20,000 bases of DNA from an uncultured virus (IMG/VR IMGVR_UViG_3300008117_000258) (Duplodnaviria; Heunggongvirae; Uroviricota; Caudoviricetes), in the IMG/VR virus record IMGVR_UViG_3300008117_000258; one strand, 5' to 3'. Below are positions 1 through 9,115 of the stretch, one piece after another. The notes under the pieces were generated by a model, which was not told where the DNA came from, searched no databases, and saw only the letters and a list, made by a program, of their open reading frames with translations. The position numbers were made by a program, and so were the translations under genes. Positions within the stretch are counted from its first letter, which is position 1. Every line of letters begins with the position of its first letter.

Positions 1-201
1 TTCTTATTAAAAGAAGGTTTTGAAGGGGTTATTCCAGCAGGTACACCGATTATACAGTTTACCTTCATTAAAAGAGAAAACTGGAAATCTGAAGCATTAG
101 AGTTTGATCAAAAGAAAAGAAGAAGAGAAAAACATATGGTCAAAAGACATATTATGAATGGGTACAAAAAAGAACATTGGAAAAAGAAAGAGTTTGATTA
201 A
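1..201 (+). CDS. 3' end of DUF6065-like (dUTPase-like fold) phage protein, partial; paralog of 6861..7556
   Basis: Frame 1 is open from the window edge: FLLKEGFEGVIPAGTPIIQF...GYKKEHWKKKEFD*. It aligns by eye with FFLKENFEGVIHQGTPIAQL...WYKNTHWKKKQW. Confidence 0.75.
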   Translation, partial: FLLKEGFEGVIPAGTPIIQFTFIKRENWKSEALEFDQKKRRREKHMVKRHIMNGYKKEHWKKKEFD

Positions 202-202
202 T

Positions 203-361
203 ATGAAAGAAATATTTCTATCAACATTAACAGGTTTTGGATGTGGCGTAGTATTTGCTGCATTCAAATTGCCAGTACCAGCACCACCAGTTTTTGCGGG
301 AGTCGCAGGAATTATTGGTTTATGGATTGGCTTTACAGTTATAACGAATATAATATCCTAG
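203..361 (+). CDS. XapX-domain (DUF1427) small membrane protein
   Basis: G..FAAFKLPVPAPP..AG..GI.G motif. ATG at 203 follows the upstream stop directly. Confidence 0.8.
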   Translation: MKEIFLSTLTGFGCGVVFAAFKLPVPAPPVFAGVAGIIGLWIGFTVITNIIS

Positions 362-372
362 GAGGAAAATAT

Positions 373-651
373 ATGAATGAACAAATTAAGGCACTACTAG
401 CATCATATGGACGATCAGTCCTTGGTGCAGGCCTTGCACTATACATGTCTGGGGTAACAGACCCTAAGACTCTTGCTTACTCACTATTGGCTGCGCTTGC
501 GCCAGTTGCATTGAGAGCACTCAACCCTAATGATAAGGCGTTTGGTCGTCTTCCAGATGTAGCAGAAGTTGATGCTGCAGTTAAGAAGGCAACCGTTAAG
601 AAGGCTCCTGTCAAGAAGGCTGTCAAGAAGGCTGCACCAAAGAAGAAGTAA
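373..651 (+). CDS. Holin-like membrane protein with Lys/Ala-rich C-terminal tail
   Basis: GGAGG RBS before ATG 373, two hydrophobic segments, LRALNPND.AFG motif, KKA repeats. Confidence 0.55.
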   Translation: MNEQIKALLASYGRSVLGAGLALYMSGVTDPKTLAYSLLAALAPVALRALNPNDKAFGRLPDVAEVDAAVKKATVKKAPVKKAVKKAAPKKK

Positions 652-657
652 TTCTTT

Positions 658-697
658 AGGGAGGGATATGCATATCTAGCCTATCCCTCTCTTTTTT
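658..697 (+). terminator. Rho-independent terminator
   Basis: GAGGGATA...TATCCCTC hairpin followed by a T run, just after the stop at 651. Confidence 0.65.
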
Positions 698-707
698 GGA
701 TACCATT

Positions 708-1418
708 ATGTATATATTTCAAAATCAAATTAAACCTAAATCTAAGACTGCATTAATAATGTGCACCTATCTTAGATACAAGAACTTGCCCAAAACATAT
801 AGCGACCTTAATAGTCAAACTAATTTAGACTTTGATTTTTATATATCTGATAACTCAAATGGTGACCCACACATATTAAATACAACTAATAAATTTTTAG
901 AATCTTTTCAGTATAATCTTTTTATTAAAGAACATCATAATAAATATAGTATTTTTAGTAGATTTATACTAGCAAAAGAACTTGCAAAAAGTGGATATGA
1001 AAAAATTATTATCATTGATGATGATGAAAGAATTCCAGCAAACTTTATTCAGGATTGTTATGATCAGTATGAAGATAATACAGTTAAGTCTTTTTACGCA
1101 CATAAAATAATTGATAACTATTGGGAAAAGGTTATGTTGAAGCCAGGAGAGTTAGGAAACTACGCTGGTGGCGGTGGACTGATGTGTAATGCAAAACTTT
1201 TTTTGCATAAAGACTTTTTTAATTGTCCAAAAAAATATTATGTACTTGATGATTTGTGGATTTCATATTTTTCTAAAGAAATTGCAGGATATAACATTAA
1301 ATTACTTAAGACAGATATTAGGTTTATACACGATAATCATGCAACAGCAAAAGGACTAATAAAAGAAAAACAATATTTTACAGATAAATACATACTGAAA
1401 AAAGAGTTAAATAAATGA
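708..1418 (+). CDS. GT-A fold glycosyltransferase (GT2-like)
   Basis: IIIIDDD motif, RF..A, late DDLWIS motif. Start uncertain (696 or 708). Confidence 0.65.
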   Translation: MYIFQNQIKPKSKTALIMCTYLRYKNLPKTYSDLNSQTNLDFDFYISDNSNGDPHILNTTNKFLESFQYNLFIKEHHNKYSIFSRFILAKELAKSGYEKIIIIDDDERIPANFIQDCYDQYEDNTVKSFYAHKIIDNYWEKVMLKPGELGNYAGGGGLMCNAKLFLHKDFFNCPKKYYVLDDLWISYFSKEIAGYNIKLLKTDIRFIHDNHATAKGLIKEKQYFTDKYILKKELNK

Positions 1419-2014
1419 AAATTGATCTAAGAAAATTCCCAACTTTTTACATTAACATGGATAAACATCAAGATAGAAACACTGACATGATAAAACTTGG
1501 CAAAGATGTTGGGTTTAATCAATACTCAAGGTTTTCAGGTATTGCTATGCCAAAACAACCAATGGCGGGATGTGCAAAGTCTCATTACGGAATTTTAGAA
1601 AACATGAGCAGTCCAACAATAATACTTGAAGATGATTGTGTTATTAAAAATGATTCATATGTTTTTGAAATACCAGACGATACTGATGCTTTATATCTTG
1701 GTTTGTCTGGATGGGGTTTTCTTAATAGCGAATCTAAACTAAACAATTTTTCTTATCAAAAACATACAGATTTTTCAGGTATTTATAAAATAAATGGAAT
1801 GCTTGCTACTCATGCTATATTATACATATCGCCAGAATACATAGAGTTATCAAAGAAAATTGCTAAATGGTCTGGAGATAATAATCAGCATATTGACCAA
1901 GGTTTTGCACTTGTTCAAAAATATTTTAATGTTTATGCTTTAAAGAAACCAGTTTTTTATCAGCACAGTAATACAGCATCAACTAATATTATATTAAGAG
2001 GAATGAATGGCTAA
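1415..2014 (+). CDS. Glycosyltransferase family 25-like
   Basis: YINMD...R, GCAKSH, ILEDD and LYLG motifs. Confidence 0.75.
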   Translation: MKIDLRKFPTFYINMDKHQDRNTDMIKLGKDVGFNQYSRFSGIAMPKQPMAGCAKSHYGILENMSSPTIILEDDCVIKNDSYVFEIPDDTDALYLGLSGWGFLNSESKLNNFSYQKHTDFSGIYKINGMLATHAILYISPEYIELSKKIAKWSGDNNQHIDQGFALVQKYFNVYALKKPVFYQHSNTASTNIILRGMNG

Positions 2015-2720
2015 ATTTGGATCTTTATGGGTAGGAAACCCAATGACAAAAATACAAGAAGTATCTTTATCTTCTTTCATATATCATGGCCACAACCTTA
2101 CCCTTTATGTATACGACATGGATATGAAGGTCCCAGAGGGCGTTCAGAAGGCTTTTGCGGGGGATATTATGGATGAGTCTGAGATGTTCCTAGTACAGAA
2201 TACATATGCAGCATTCTCTGATTTATTTAGATATAGGATGATTAAAAAGACTGGTTTGACATGGGTAGATGCTGATACTATTTGTTTATCACCTGACTGG
2301 GACGGGCTTGGATATACCTATGCTTGCCTGGAAAATGATACAGTGGTTGGTGGTGTTCTTGCTTTACCGCAAGATTCTCCAGCATTAAATTATTTAATTA
2401 AGAAGTCAACTCAATTTGATAAAACAAAGATTAAGTGGACTGATGTTGGTCCAGCCCTTGTAGACAAAGCATTTAGATCTTTTGAATTAATGGAACATGT
2501 TCAGCCAATGGAAGTTTTTTGTGGAGTTCACTGGTCTCAATGGGAAAAATTATGGAATCCAAAACATACAAAAGAAATTAAATTATTAGAGAAAACTTCA
2601 AAAAGTATTTCTGTTTATCACTCAATGACAACTCGTGGAGGAATAGACAAAAACTATTTTCCACCAAAGTCTGCAATGGAATATTTTTATGATAAATTCG
2701 TAATGAAGAAGTGGGGATAA
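2007..2720 (+). CDS. DXD glycosyltransferase (GT32/OCH1-like)
   Basis: SLWVG, FSDLFRY, G.TWVDAD and GP.L motifs. Confidence 0.8.
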   Translation: MAKFGSLWVGNPMTKIQEVSLSSFIYHGHNLTLYVYDMDMKVPEGVQKAFAGDIMDESEMFLVQNTYAAFSDLFRYRMIKKTGLTWVDADTICLSPDWDGLGYTYACLENDTVVGGVLALPQDSPALNYLIKKSTQFDKTKIKWTDVGPALVDKAFRSFELMEHVQPMEVFCGVHWSQWEKLWNPKHTKEIKLLEKTSKSISVYHSMTTRGGIDKNYFPPKSAMEYFYDKFVMKKWG

Positions 2721-2721
2721 T

Positions 2722-3369
2722 ATGAATAAGATAAGTATTGAATATGACAAAGGGGCAAACTTCCTGTCATCATTAATGAAGAATTATGGAAGCGACAAGG
2801 GTTCTCCTCATGAGGTAGATATAACACCTTCTGGTTGGATAGCGAATAGATACACAGACATATACCATATATTGTTTGCAACAATTCGTGATGATGCTAA
2901 GAAGATATTTGAATGTGGAATTGGCACAAACAATGAAGATATACAGTCTAATATGACTGCTAATGGTGTCCCAGGGGCTTCACTAAGAGGCTGGAGAGAT
3001 TATTTCTGGAATGCTCAGATATATGGTGCAGATATAGATGACCGTATTCTTTTTGAAGAAGATAGAATTAAAACCTATCAAGTTGATCAAACAGATCCAG
3101 AATCTATTAATAATATGTGGGAGCAGATAGGTGAATCAGATTTTGATGTTATTCTTGATGACGGCCTTCATGAGGCTCATGCCAATATAACACTGCTTGA
3201 AAATTCGTGGGACAGGCTAAAGCATAATGGCATATATATTATTGAGGATACATACTATACACATGAACCAATAAAGAAATACCTAAAGGAAAAGGGGTAT
3301 AACTTTATCTTGGTAACCTTTGACAATACTGCCAGTTATTGCTTTGTAATATTTAAAACTACAGTCTAA
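2722..3369 (+). CDS. Class I SAM-dependent (sugar O-)methyltransferase
   Basis: GSDKG..H, FECGIG, GASLRGW..YF, GADID, FDVILDDGLH and YIIED motifs. Confidence 0.85.
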   Translation: MNKISIEYDKGANFLSSLMKNYGSDKGSPHEVDITPSGWIANRYTDIYHILFATIRDDAKKIFECGIGTNNEDIQSNMTANGVPGASLRGWRDYFWNAQIYGADIDDRILFEEDRIKTYQVDQTDPESINNMWEQIGESDFDVILDDGLHEAHANITLLENSWDRLKHNGIYIIEDTYYTHEPIKKYLKEKGYNFILVTFDNTASYCFVIFKTTV

Positions 3370-3397
3370 GTCTGATTAAATAGGGTATAATGGTAGG

Positions 3398-3964
3398 ATG
3401 GCTGATACATATACTCCAAATGCTGGCATGAAGGCTGCTGCTAGACGTGCTTTGAAGTGGAAAGAAGATGGCAAAGCAACTGGTGCTGGAACCCCTGTAG
3501 GCTGGGGAAGAGCAAGTGATATTGTTGCAGGTAGATCAATGTCTCTTGATACAGTTAAAAGAATGTATTCTTTTTTCTCCCGTCACGAAGTAGACAAAAA
3601 AGGTAAAGATTTTTATAATACATCTAATCCATCCAATGGCCGTATCATGTGGGACGCATGGGGCGGAGATGCTGGTTTCTCATGGTCAAGAGCAATTGTA
3701 AACAGAAATAAAGAAGCATCTGATCTATTTATTAATTTTGGTAAGTTTATTCCTGGAGCAGAAAGATTAACAGAAGTTTTTGATTTATCTAAAAAAGAAA
3801 ATTACGGTGGTGTAATTGGAAACAGAAAGGGTGAACCAGCAGACAAAGAACTGTATGCAAGAGTAATTGCAGCAGCGAAGAAAAAGTTTAAGGTTTACCC
3901 ATCAGCATACGCTAACGGCTGGGTAGTGCAAGAATACAAGCGCCGTGGCGGAACATATAAATAA
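3398..3964 (+). CDS. Phage two-domain protein (N-terminal domain recalled from head/portal-associated proteins; C-terminal DUF5872-like)
   Basis: P..GM..AARRAL.W...AWGGDAG..W and YPSAYANGW.VQEYKRRGG.Y. TATAAT at 3386-3391 lies 6 nt before the ATG. Confidence 0.55.
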   Translation: MADTYTPNAGMKAAARRALKWKEDGKATGAGTPVGWGRASDIVAGRSMSLDTVKRMYSFFSRHEVDKKGKDFYNTSNPSNGRIMWDAWGGDAGFSWSRAIVNRNKEASDLFINFGKFIPGAERLTEVFDLSKKENYGGVIGNRKGEPADKELYARVIAAAKKKFKVYPSAYANGWVVQEYKRRGGTYK

Positions 3965-3967
3965 AAG

Positions 3968-4039
3968 TACCCCTGGCAGGATTTGAACCTGCGACCTACA
4001 CCTTAGAAGGGTGTCACTCTTCCACTGAGTTACAGAGGT
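3968..4039 (-). tRNA. tRNA-Arg(TCT)
   Basis: Cloverleaf; anticodon arm ACACC-CTTCTAA-GGTGT; T-loop TTCAAAT. Confidence 0.93.
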
Positions 4040-4040
4040 T

Positions 4041-4115
4041 TGGAGCCTTCTGTCAGGATTGAACTGACGACATCTCGCTTACAAGGCGAGTACTCTACCA
4101 CTGAGTTAAGAAGGC
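4041..4115 (-). tRNA. tRNA-Thr(TGT), CCA encoded
   Basis: Anticodon arm CTCGC-CTTGTAA-GCGAG; acceptor GCCTTCT/AGAAGGC. Confidence 0.95.
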
Positions 4116-4116
4116 G

Positions 4117-4188
4117 CATCTCCAGAGAGAATTGAACTCTCGTTTACACCGTGAAAGGGTGTTGTCCTAACCACTAGACGATGGAGAC
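4117..4188 (-). tRNA. tRNA-Glu(TTC)
   Basis: Anticodon arm ACACC-CTTTCAC-GGTGT; acceptor GTCTCCA/TGGAGAT. Confidence 0.93.
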
Positions 4189-4189
4189 T

Positions 4190-4265
4190 TGGCTGGTCTG
4201 GCAGGCTACGATCCTGCGACTTCCGAATTAACAGTTCGGCACTCTACCAACTGAGTTACAGACCA
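4190..4265 (-). tRNA. tRNA-Asn(GTT), CCA encoded, non-canonical T-loop
   Basis: Anticodon arm CCGAA-CTGTTAA-TTCGG; T arm GCAGG-ATCGTAG-CCTGC. Confidence 0.9.
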
Positions 4266-4269
4266 ATAG

Positions 4270-4343
4270 TACAACAGGTAGGACTTGAACCTACGATAAC
4301 CGAATTATGAGTTCGGGGCCTTGACCAACTTGGCTACTGTTGC
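4270..4343 (-). tRNA. tRNA with CAT anticodon (Ile2 or elongator Met)
   Basis: Anticodon arm CCGAA-CTCATAA-TTCGG; no initiator GGG/CCC stem. Confidence 0.9.
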
Positions 4344-4507
4344 TTGTTAATTATATTATATCCTGCATTATCTAGGTTGTCAACTATTGCATTAACAATA
4401 ACTTCATAATCTATTTCCATAATAAAATGATTTTCTATCTTGTGCATGTTTATTGCAATTGGTGCATGATGTTGCAATGATTTAGATATTATTTCTTTGT
4501 AATCCAT
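4334..4507 (-). CDS. Hypothetical protein, 57 aa
   Basis: MDYKEIISKSLQHH...; ATG overlaps the TAA of 4507..4770; 3' end overlaps the tRNA by 10 nt. Confidence 0.5.
   Translation of the reverse strand: MDYKEIISKSLQHHAPIAINMHKIENHFIMEIDYEVIVNAIVDNLDNAGYNIINKQQ
4355..4383 (-). promoter_or_regulatory. Consensus sigma70/SigA promoter for the tRNA cluster
   Basis: TTGACA-17nt-TATAAT ending 11 nt upstream of the first tRNA. Confidence 0.85.
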
Positions 4508-4770
4508 TATTTACTCTTTGGCTTAGGGTTTCTGCTTTCAATAAGTTCAATTATTCTATCAAGACCTTCAGAGTAAGTCATTGCATCATCTTTAGCCCAA
4601 AATAAAGTACCATCTTCATTAAACGAACTGCCCCTGTATTCAAGATATTCTTTTTGTATTTGTTTTATTATGGTAACTAATTGTTTTCTTTCCCATTTAA
4701 CTGCTTTTTGACAGCCACTACATGGACAGGCCCAATCTCCACGGTCAGGTGTTTGATTTGGATCAGCCAT
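4507..4770 (-). CDS. Hypothetical protein (CPCSGC motif)
   Basis: ORF track; co-oriented gene string. Confidence 0.65.
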   Translation of the reverse strand: MADPNQTPDRGDWACPCSGCQKAVKWERKQLVTIIKQIQKEYLEYRGSSFNEDGTLFWAKDDAMTYSEGLDRIIELIESRNPKPKSK

Positions 4771-4833
4771 TATCTATCATGCTTTCCATGAACATAACCA
4801 ACAATTATTCCACAAATAAAACCTATTACAAGG

Positions 4834-6393
4834 TCAATTACTTCCACTGTTTTCCTCCTCATATTTTTTAAAAATTGTATTACCAATTATCATGTAATCT
4901 ATTGGAGAACTATAAAATAAATCAATTGCATTTTCAGGATATCCAGCAATTGGTTTTTTATTAACATTTAAACTAGTATTTAAAATTATTGCACATCCCG
5001 TAATATTGTAGAACTCTTCTATTAGTTTTCTAAAATAGCCATCATCTTTTTCAACTGTTTGTACTCTGCAAGTATTATCAACATGTGTAATTGCAGGAAA
5101 ATCTTTTACAATAAAATTATTTGTAAATAACATATAAGGATCTTTATTTTCAAACTCAAAATAATCTTTTATATTTTCAGACAAAACTGAAGCACCAAAT
5201 GGTCTATAAAACTCTCTGTTTTTTACGGTGTTTATTATTTTTTTCCCATCTTTTATTCTGGGATCCATTAGTATAGAGCGGTTCCCCAATGCTCTTGGCC
5301 CAACTTCTCCATGTTCTTGATACCAACCAACTATTTTACCTTCAGATAGTAACTGTGCAACCATTTTAATTGTTTCATCAGTTGGTTTGTCTTTTGGTGC
5401 AATATCATTTTGGCAGTAAGGAAAGTTTTCTAGTTTAAACTTTGGTAAATTATTTAACTGTCTTAAAAGTTCAATTGCTCCTAGGCTTGTTCCTTCATCA
5501 CTTGAATGTGGAGCAACAATAAGGTTCTTAAACTTATTTAAAATTTTTGTGTTCCATACAACGTTTTGAGCCACACCACCAGAATATGAAACAACATCAT
5601 CGGTATCTGCGTATTCTAAAAATAAATTAACTATTAAATCTCCAACTGCTTCATGAACCGTTCTAATCCAATCAAGTTTATTGTGTGCAGCAAGTAGCAG
5701 ATCGCCTTTATGTTCAATCCATCTTTCAAAATTAAAAATCTGATTTACTTCATCAATTGAATATTCTTTTGTTTTGTTTAAAAAATCATTATCTACTTTT
5801 CCATAAGACTGCAGCCCCATAATTTTTCCAGCGTTATCATGAATATTATTAGAATTAACTCCAAGCATCGGTCCAATTTCACCCATAGTAAGACCAATAG
5901 ATCCGTTTTCTATTCTTCCATACCGAACAATTTTGTTGTTTTTAAATACAGTATAGGTTCTTCCTTGACCAACTCCATCAATAACTATTTTTGTTGATGG
6001 CAAATTATTTTCATCTTCTAGCATCCAAGTTGACATAGCATGAGCATAGTGATGATTTAAATGCCATAACTCTTTTACTCCATGAACCGCAAACATATTT
6101 GCATGGTCTGGAACTTTATAATAGTTTTTGTTATAATCTCTTAAGGCCTCAAACCCATCAGGCTCTTTACCACCATTAAACTTTGTGGCATCATAATCAA
6201 TTGCTACTTGATCAATTTCTTTAATTTCAAAGTTAAATAATTTTTCAGCATCTTTTATGATTTCCCAAATTGTTTCATACCAAAAATGTTTTTCTTGTTT
6301 TGTTCTTTCAAATTTATGATAATATAGTTTTTCTCCATCAAAATAAGAAACATTGTTATCGTGATACATCAAACTAATACCCAATAACTTCAT
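4834..6393 (-). CDS. Carbamoyltransferase, CmcH/NodU family
   Basis: HD, ER..R/K, HHYAHA, DGVG, GKIMGL..YG, SGGVAQN, GPRALGNRSIL, KNRE.YRPF, HVD.T.R.QTV and LNTSLN motifs. Confidence 0.93.
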   Translation of the reverse strand: MKLLGISLMYHDNNVSYFDGEKLYYHKFERTKQEKHFWYETIWEIIKDAEKLFNFEIKEIDQVAIDYDATKFNGGKEPDGFEALRDYNKNYYKVPDHANMFAVHGVKELWHLNHHYAHAMSTWMLEDENNLPSTKIVIDGVGQGRTYTVFKNNKIVRYGRIENGSIGLTMGEIGPMLGVNSNNIHDNAGKIMGLQSYGKVDNDFLNKTKEYSIDEVNQIFNFERWIEHKGDLLLAAHNKLDWIRTVHEAVGDLIVNLFLEYADTDDVVSYSGGVAQNVVWNTKILNKFKNLIVAPHSSDEGTSLGAIELLRQLNNLPKFKLENFPYCQNDIAPKDKPTDETIKMVAQLLSEGKIVGWYQEHGEVGPRALGNRSILMDPRIKDGKKIINTVKNREFYRPFGASVLSENIKDYFEFENKDPYMLFTNNFIVKDFPAITHVDNTCRVQTVEKDDGYFRKLIEEFYNITGCAIILNTSLNVNKKPIAGYPENAIDLFYSSPIDYMIIGNTIFKKYEEENSGSN

Positions 6394-6420
6394 GATTCCC
6401 CCAATTAAATGTTTTTGTTT

Positions 6421-6627
6421 TTATGAATTGGTTTGTTCTAAAACCATTCCATCATATTCTATGGTATGGGTGTTATCTTCATTGTGTATAATTGAATCAA
6501 CTTCATGAGAGAAGTACCACATTTCTTTACAATCAGACGAAGCGCATCTGGTTAGAAACCAAACCTGCTTTCCATCTTTTTGTACTCCGTCTGTAAAAAC
6601 TATATCGTCTGGTAAATTATTATTCAT
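6421..6627 (-). CDS. Hypothetical protein
   Basis: ORF with TATACT-N6-ATG leaderless start. Confidence 0.6.
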   Translation of the reverse strand: MNNNLPDDIVFTDGVQKDGKQVWFLTRCASSDCKEMWYFSHEVDSIIHNEDNTHTIEYDGMVLEQTNS

Positions 6628-6642
6628 ATATACAGTATACCA

Positions 6643-6867
6643 TCATTCTTCCTTGAATACTTCATTTTTTCCTTGAACAATAGAACGGCATGCCTCAAAC
6701 GCTTTGCGTGTTCTGCGACTTTTCAAGAATCCTTTGCGTTCCCAGATTTGCTGGGTAAATAAAATATCTTGATCTATTTGGTATCTTATTTCTTTTACCG
6801 TAGTAACAATAAGATCCATTATTTTTGTTTTTTGTTCTTCTGTTAGTTCTTCTGTCCAGTCTACCAT
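6643..6867 (-). CDS. Hypothetical protein
   Basis: ORF track; overlaps the upstream stop. Confidence 0.65.
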   Translation of the reverse strand: MVDWTEELTEEQKTKIMDLIVTTVKEIRYQIDQDILFTQQIWERKGFLKSRRTRKAFEACRSIVQGKNEVFKEE

Positions 6868-7556
6868 TGCTTCTTCTTCCAGTGTGTGTTTTTATACCAT
6901 CCCAAAAAAACTGTATTTGCTTTTTCTGTGTTTTTAAAACCTTCTTCCAATATCTTATTGTTTTCTTTTAATTCCCATTTTTCATTTTTAAATGGTATTA
7001 GTTGTGCAATTGGGGTTCCTTGATGTATTACTCCCTCAAAGTTTTCTTTTAAAAAAAACGGAATACTTCCATGAGGTGCTAAAACATAACCACCCTCAAG
7101 AACTCCACTTAGTGTATAAAAAGGAAGATCGTTTCTGTTTAATGGGTGTGTAAACAAAATACTGTAGTCTTTAGGAACAGTAAAGGATCCAAAAGTTTTC
7201 CACACCCAATGTTCGTTAGAGTATCCATGAGGCACTGGCAAAAAGGGATTACTTTGTGGATTTCTTTGATCTACTAACTGATCTCTATTTCTCCAAAAAA
7301 ATGCCTGCTTGCCATTTTTAATAGAAACCATTATGTCTGCAGGTAAAAGTAAATGATATCCAGTTGTTATTGCTTCTAAAAATGGTGTACAGGCCTTAAA
7401 TGTTCTGTCATCAACTTCTGAAAACTTTCCACTTAAAAATTTTGGAGTTTTCTTGTACCAGTCTGGCACAGTTGCAGATGCCTGCTTTACTGTTGGAAAA
7501 TCATTTTGAACTATAGAAGCATGCTCAAATGTTGGTTTATCTTTTTTAAATATCAT
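6861..7556 (-). CDS. DUF6065-like (dUTPase-like fold) phage protein
   Basis: P.WYK, T.K.C.PFL.A...GY, GY/YS.LF.HP.N, LPF...SG and GTP.AQ.IPF motifs. Confidence 0.65.
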   Translation of the reverse strand: MIFKKDKPTFEHASIVQNDFPTVKQASATVPDWYKKTPKFLSGKFSEVDDRTFKACTPFLEAITTGYHLLLPADIMVSIKNGKQAFFWRNRDQLVDQRNPQSNPFLPVPHGYSNEHWVWKTFGSFTVPKDYSILFTHPLNRNDLPFYTLSGVLEGGYVLAPHGSIPFFLKENFEGVIHQGTPIAQLIPFKNEKWELKENNKILEEGFKNTEKANTVFLGWYKNTHWKKKQW

Positions 7557-7558
7557 TA

Positions 7559-8260
7559 TTATCCAAACTCATACATTCCTATGTGTTTTGCTACTGCGTA
7601 TGGAGCCAAATAAACTTTGCCCCCAGTTTTTATCCAGGACTTACAAAAATAATAATCTTCTGATAAAAGAGTGTTTGTTTCTTCATCAATTTCTAAACTA
7701 AAAAAGTTTTTTGTAGTTTTATTTTCACTGTTTTTAAACATTAAAGAATTATTTGTATAAGTTTCTGCATCTATTATATCAAATACTTCTCTCTTTATCA
7801 GCATGTATCCCGTTCCAATTCCAGAAACTTCCTGTACTTCATTGTTGTCAAAAAAATCATTATTATTTTTTTGTGTAAAGACATAATTAAATCCATTTTT
7901 ATGAAAATTAGAGTCTCCATTAAGCACGGAAGACCTAATCTTAATCCAATCAATCTTTTTTAAAGGATATAAACCACCAATAATATCTCTATCTTCTTTT
8001 ACTAATCTTATAACGTCTTTTGCATTAAAATAAATATCTGCATCAATAAAAAGTAAATGAGTTGAATCTGATTCTAAAAATAATTTTGTAAGGTCATTTC
8101 TTGCACGATTAATTAGTGATTCATTATATATAAAAGCAGTTGAAAGACCCCATCCTTCTTTTTCAATCTCTTGCTTTAGTGCTAATATTGCTTTTGTGTA
8201 TTCTCCACTGCACATGCCTCCATACATGGGGGTTGCTAAGAATATGCTTGGTGTTTTCAC
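7559..8260 (-). CDS. GT-A glycosyltransferase-like protein
   Basis: ATPMYGG, NESLI.RARN, LLFIDADI, GTG.MLI.R.VF and LSEDY.FC motifs. Confidence 0.8.
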   Translation of the reverse strand: MKTPSIFLATPMYGGMCSGEYTKAILALKQEIEKEGWGLSTAFIYNESLINRARNDLTKLFLESDSTHLLFIDADIYFNAKDVIRLVKEDRDIIGGLYPLKKIDWIKIRSSVLNGDSNFHKNGFNYVFTQKNNNDFFDNNEVQEVSGIGTGYMLIKREVFDIIDAETYTNNSLMFKNSENKTTKNFFSLEIDEETNTLLSEDYYFCKSWIKTGGKVYLAPYAVAKHIGMYEFG

Positions 8261-8358
8261 TTGTGTCCTTTCATATGTCTTACAAGTGTATCACTAGCCA
8301 TCCTTGATCTTGACTCAATTTCTTTTTTGCATACTGGACATATAACTATTTTAGCCAT
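8257..8358 (-). CDS. 33-aa C2H2 zinc-finger-like microprotein
   Basis: MAKIVICPVCKKEIESRSRMASDTLVRHMKGHK; GGAG RBS; stop overlaps the GTG start of the next gene (GTGA). Confidence 0.6.
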   Translation of the reverse strand: MAKIVICPVCKKEIESRSRMASDTLVRHMKGHK

Positions 8359-8410
8359 AACTACTCCCACTCTATGTTGTTGATACTAAGCCAATCAAGA
8401 TAGTTAATGA

Positions 8411-8773
8411 TCATATTCCGTTTTCTTCCATATACTTTAATCTTTCTTCATATTTTTCCCAGTACGGAATATTATTTTCATCATAATCTGATCCAAGCAT
8501 TTTTACAACTGGATCATTTTTTAACTTTTCTGTGTAATATGTATCTAATTCATAAACTGTTCCCCACTTATAGTATGGTTTGTAAAATAGTTCTGACATA
8601 AAAGAATGATATTTATTTGTAAAACCCCAATCGCCTGCCTCATCTAAACGTATAGCCTTAATTAAATGGTAGTGACCAAAAATTTCACAAGAGTTAGCAA
8701 ACCATCTAAGCGGAAGTATCTTCGTCCTGTGTTGCTTGGTAAACCTCTCCAGGAACCCATCGTACTCTTCCAT
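8411..8773 (-). CDS. Hypothetical protein
   Basis: ORF track 8411..8851; probable start at or near MEEYDG. Confidence 0.6.
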   Translation of the reverse strand: MEEYDGFLERFTKQHRTKILPLRWFANSCEIFGHYHLIKAIRLDEAGDWGFTNKYHSFMSELFYKPYYKWGTVYELDTYYTEKLKNDPVVKMLGSDYDENNIPYWEKYEERLKYMEENGI

Positions 8774-8823
8774 ATTTATACTCTCTTTCATATCCAAGTG
8801 ACTTCCAGTCCATCTTAATAATC

Positions 8824-8943
8824 TTAGGCTCTTTTGGCATTTACACACCAAATGTTTTCATCTTGCATTGTTTGATGGGCTTCCCAAAAGTATTCAGACT
8901 CTTTTGACATGTAACACTTATCACAAATATTTTTATTTTCCAT
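8824..8943 (-). CDS. Small hypothetical protein, 39 aa (CxxC...H...C)
   Basis: MENKNICDKCYMSKESEYFWEAHQ...WCVNAKRA. Confidence 0.45.
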   Translation of the reverse strand: MENKNICDKCYMSKESEYFWEAHQTMQDENIWCVNAKRA

Positions 8944-8947
8944 TTTA

Positions 8948-9115
8948 TTATTCAAATGATTCCTGTGTTTTGTAAAAATCATCACTGCCAAACATAATAT
9001 CTATCATTTTGTTTTCAACTTTATCTAAGCATTTAGGGCATTGTTTAGTAGGTCTTGGAGTATCGTAATCAACCTCAAAGGCATAACCACAATCAAAGCA
9101 TAACACTTCTGGCAT
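8948..9115 (-). CDS. Small zinc-ribbon protein, 55 aa
   Basis: CFDCG...CPKC; GGAGG RBS. Confidence 0.6.
   Translation of the reverse strand: MPEVLCFDCGYAFEVDYDTPRPTKQCPKCLDKVENKMIDIMFGSDDFYKTQESFE

Noticed and set aside
158..372. Extended starts at 158 and 241
   Set aside because: They overlap upstream genes. Starts at 203 and 373 have coupling or RBS support.
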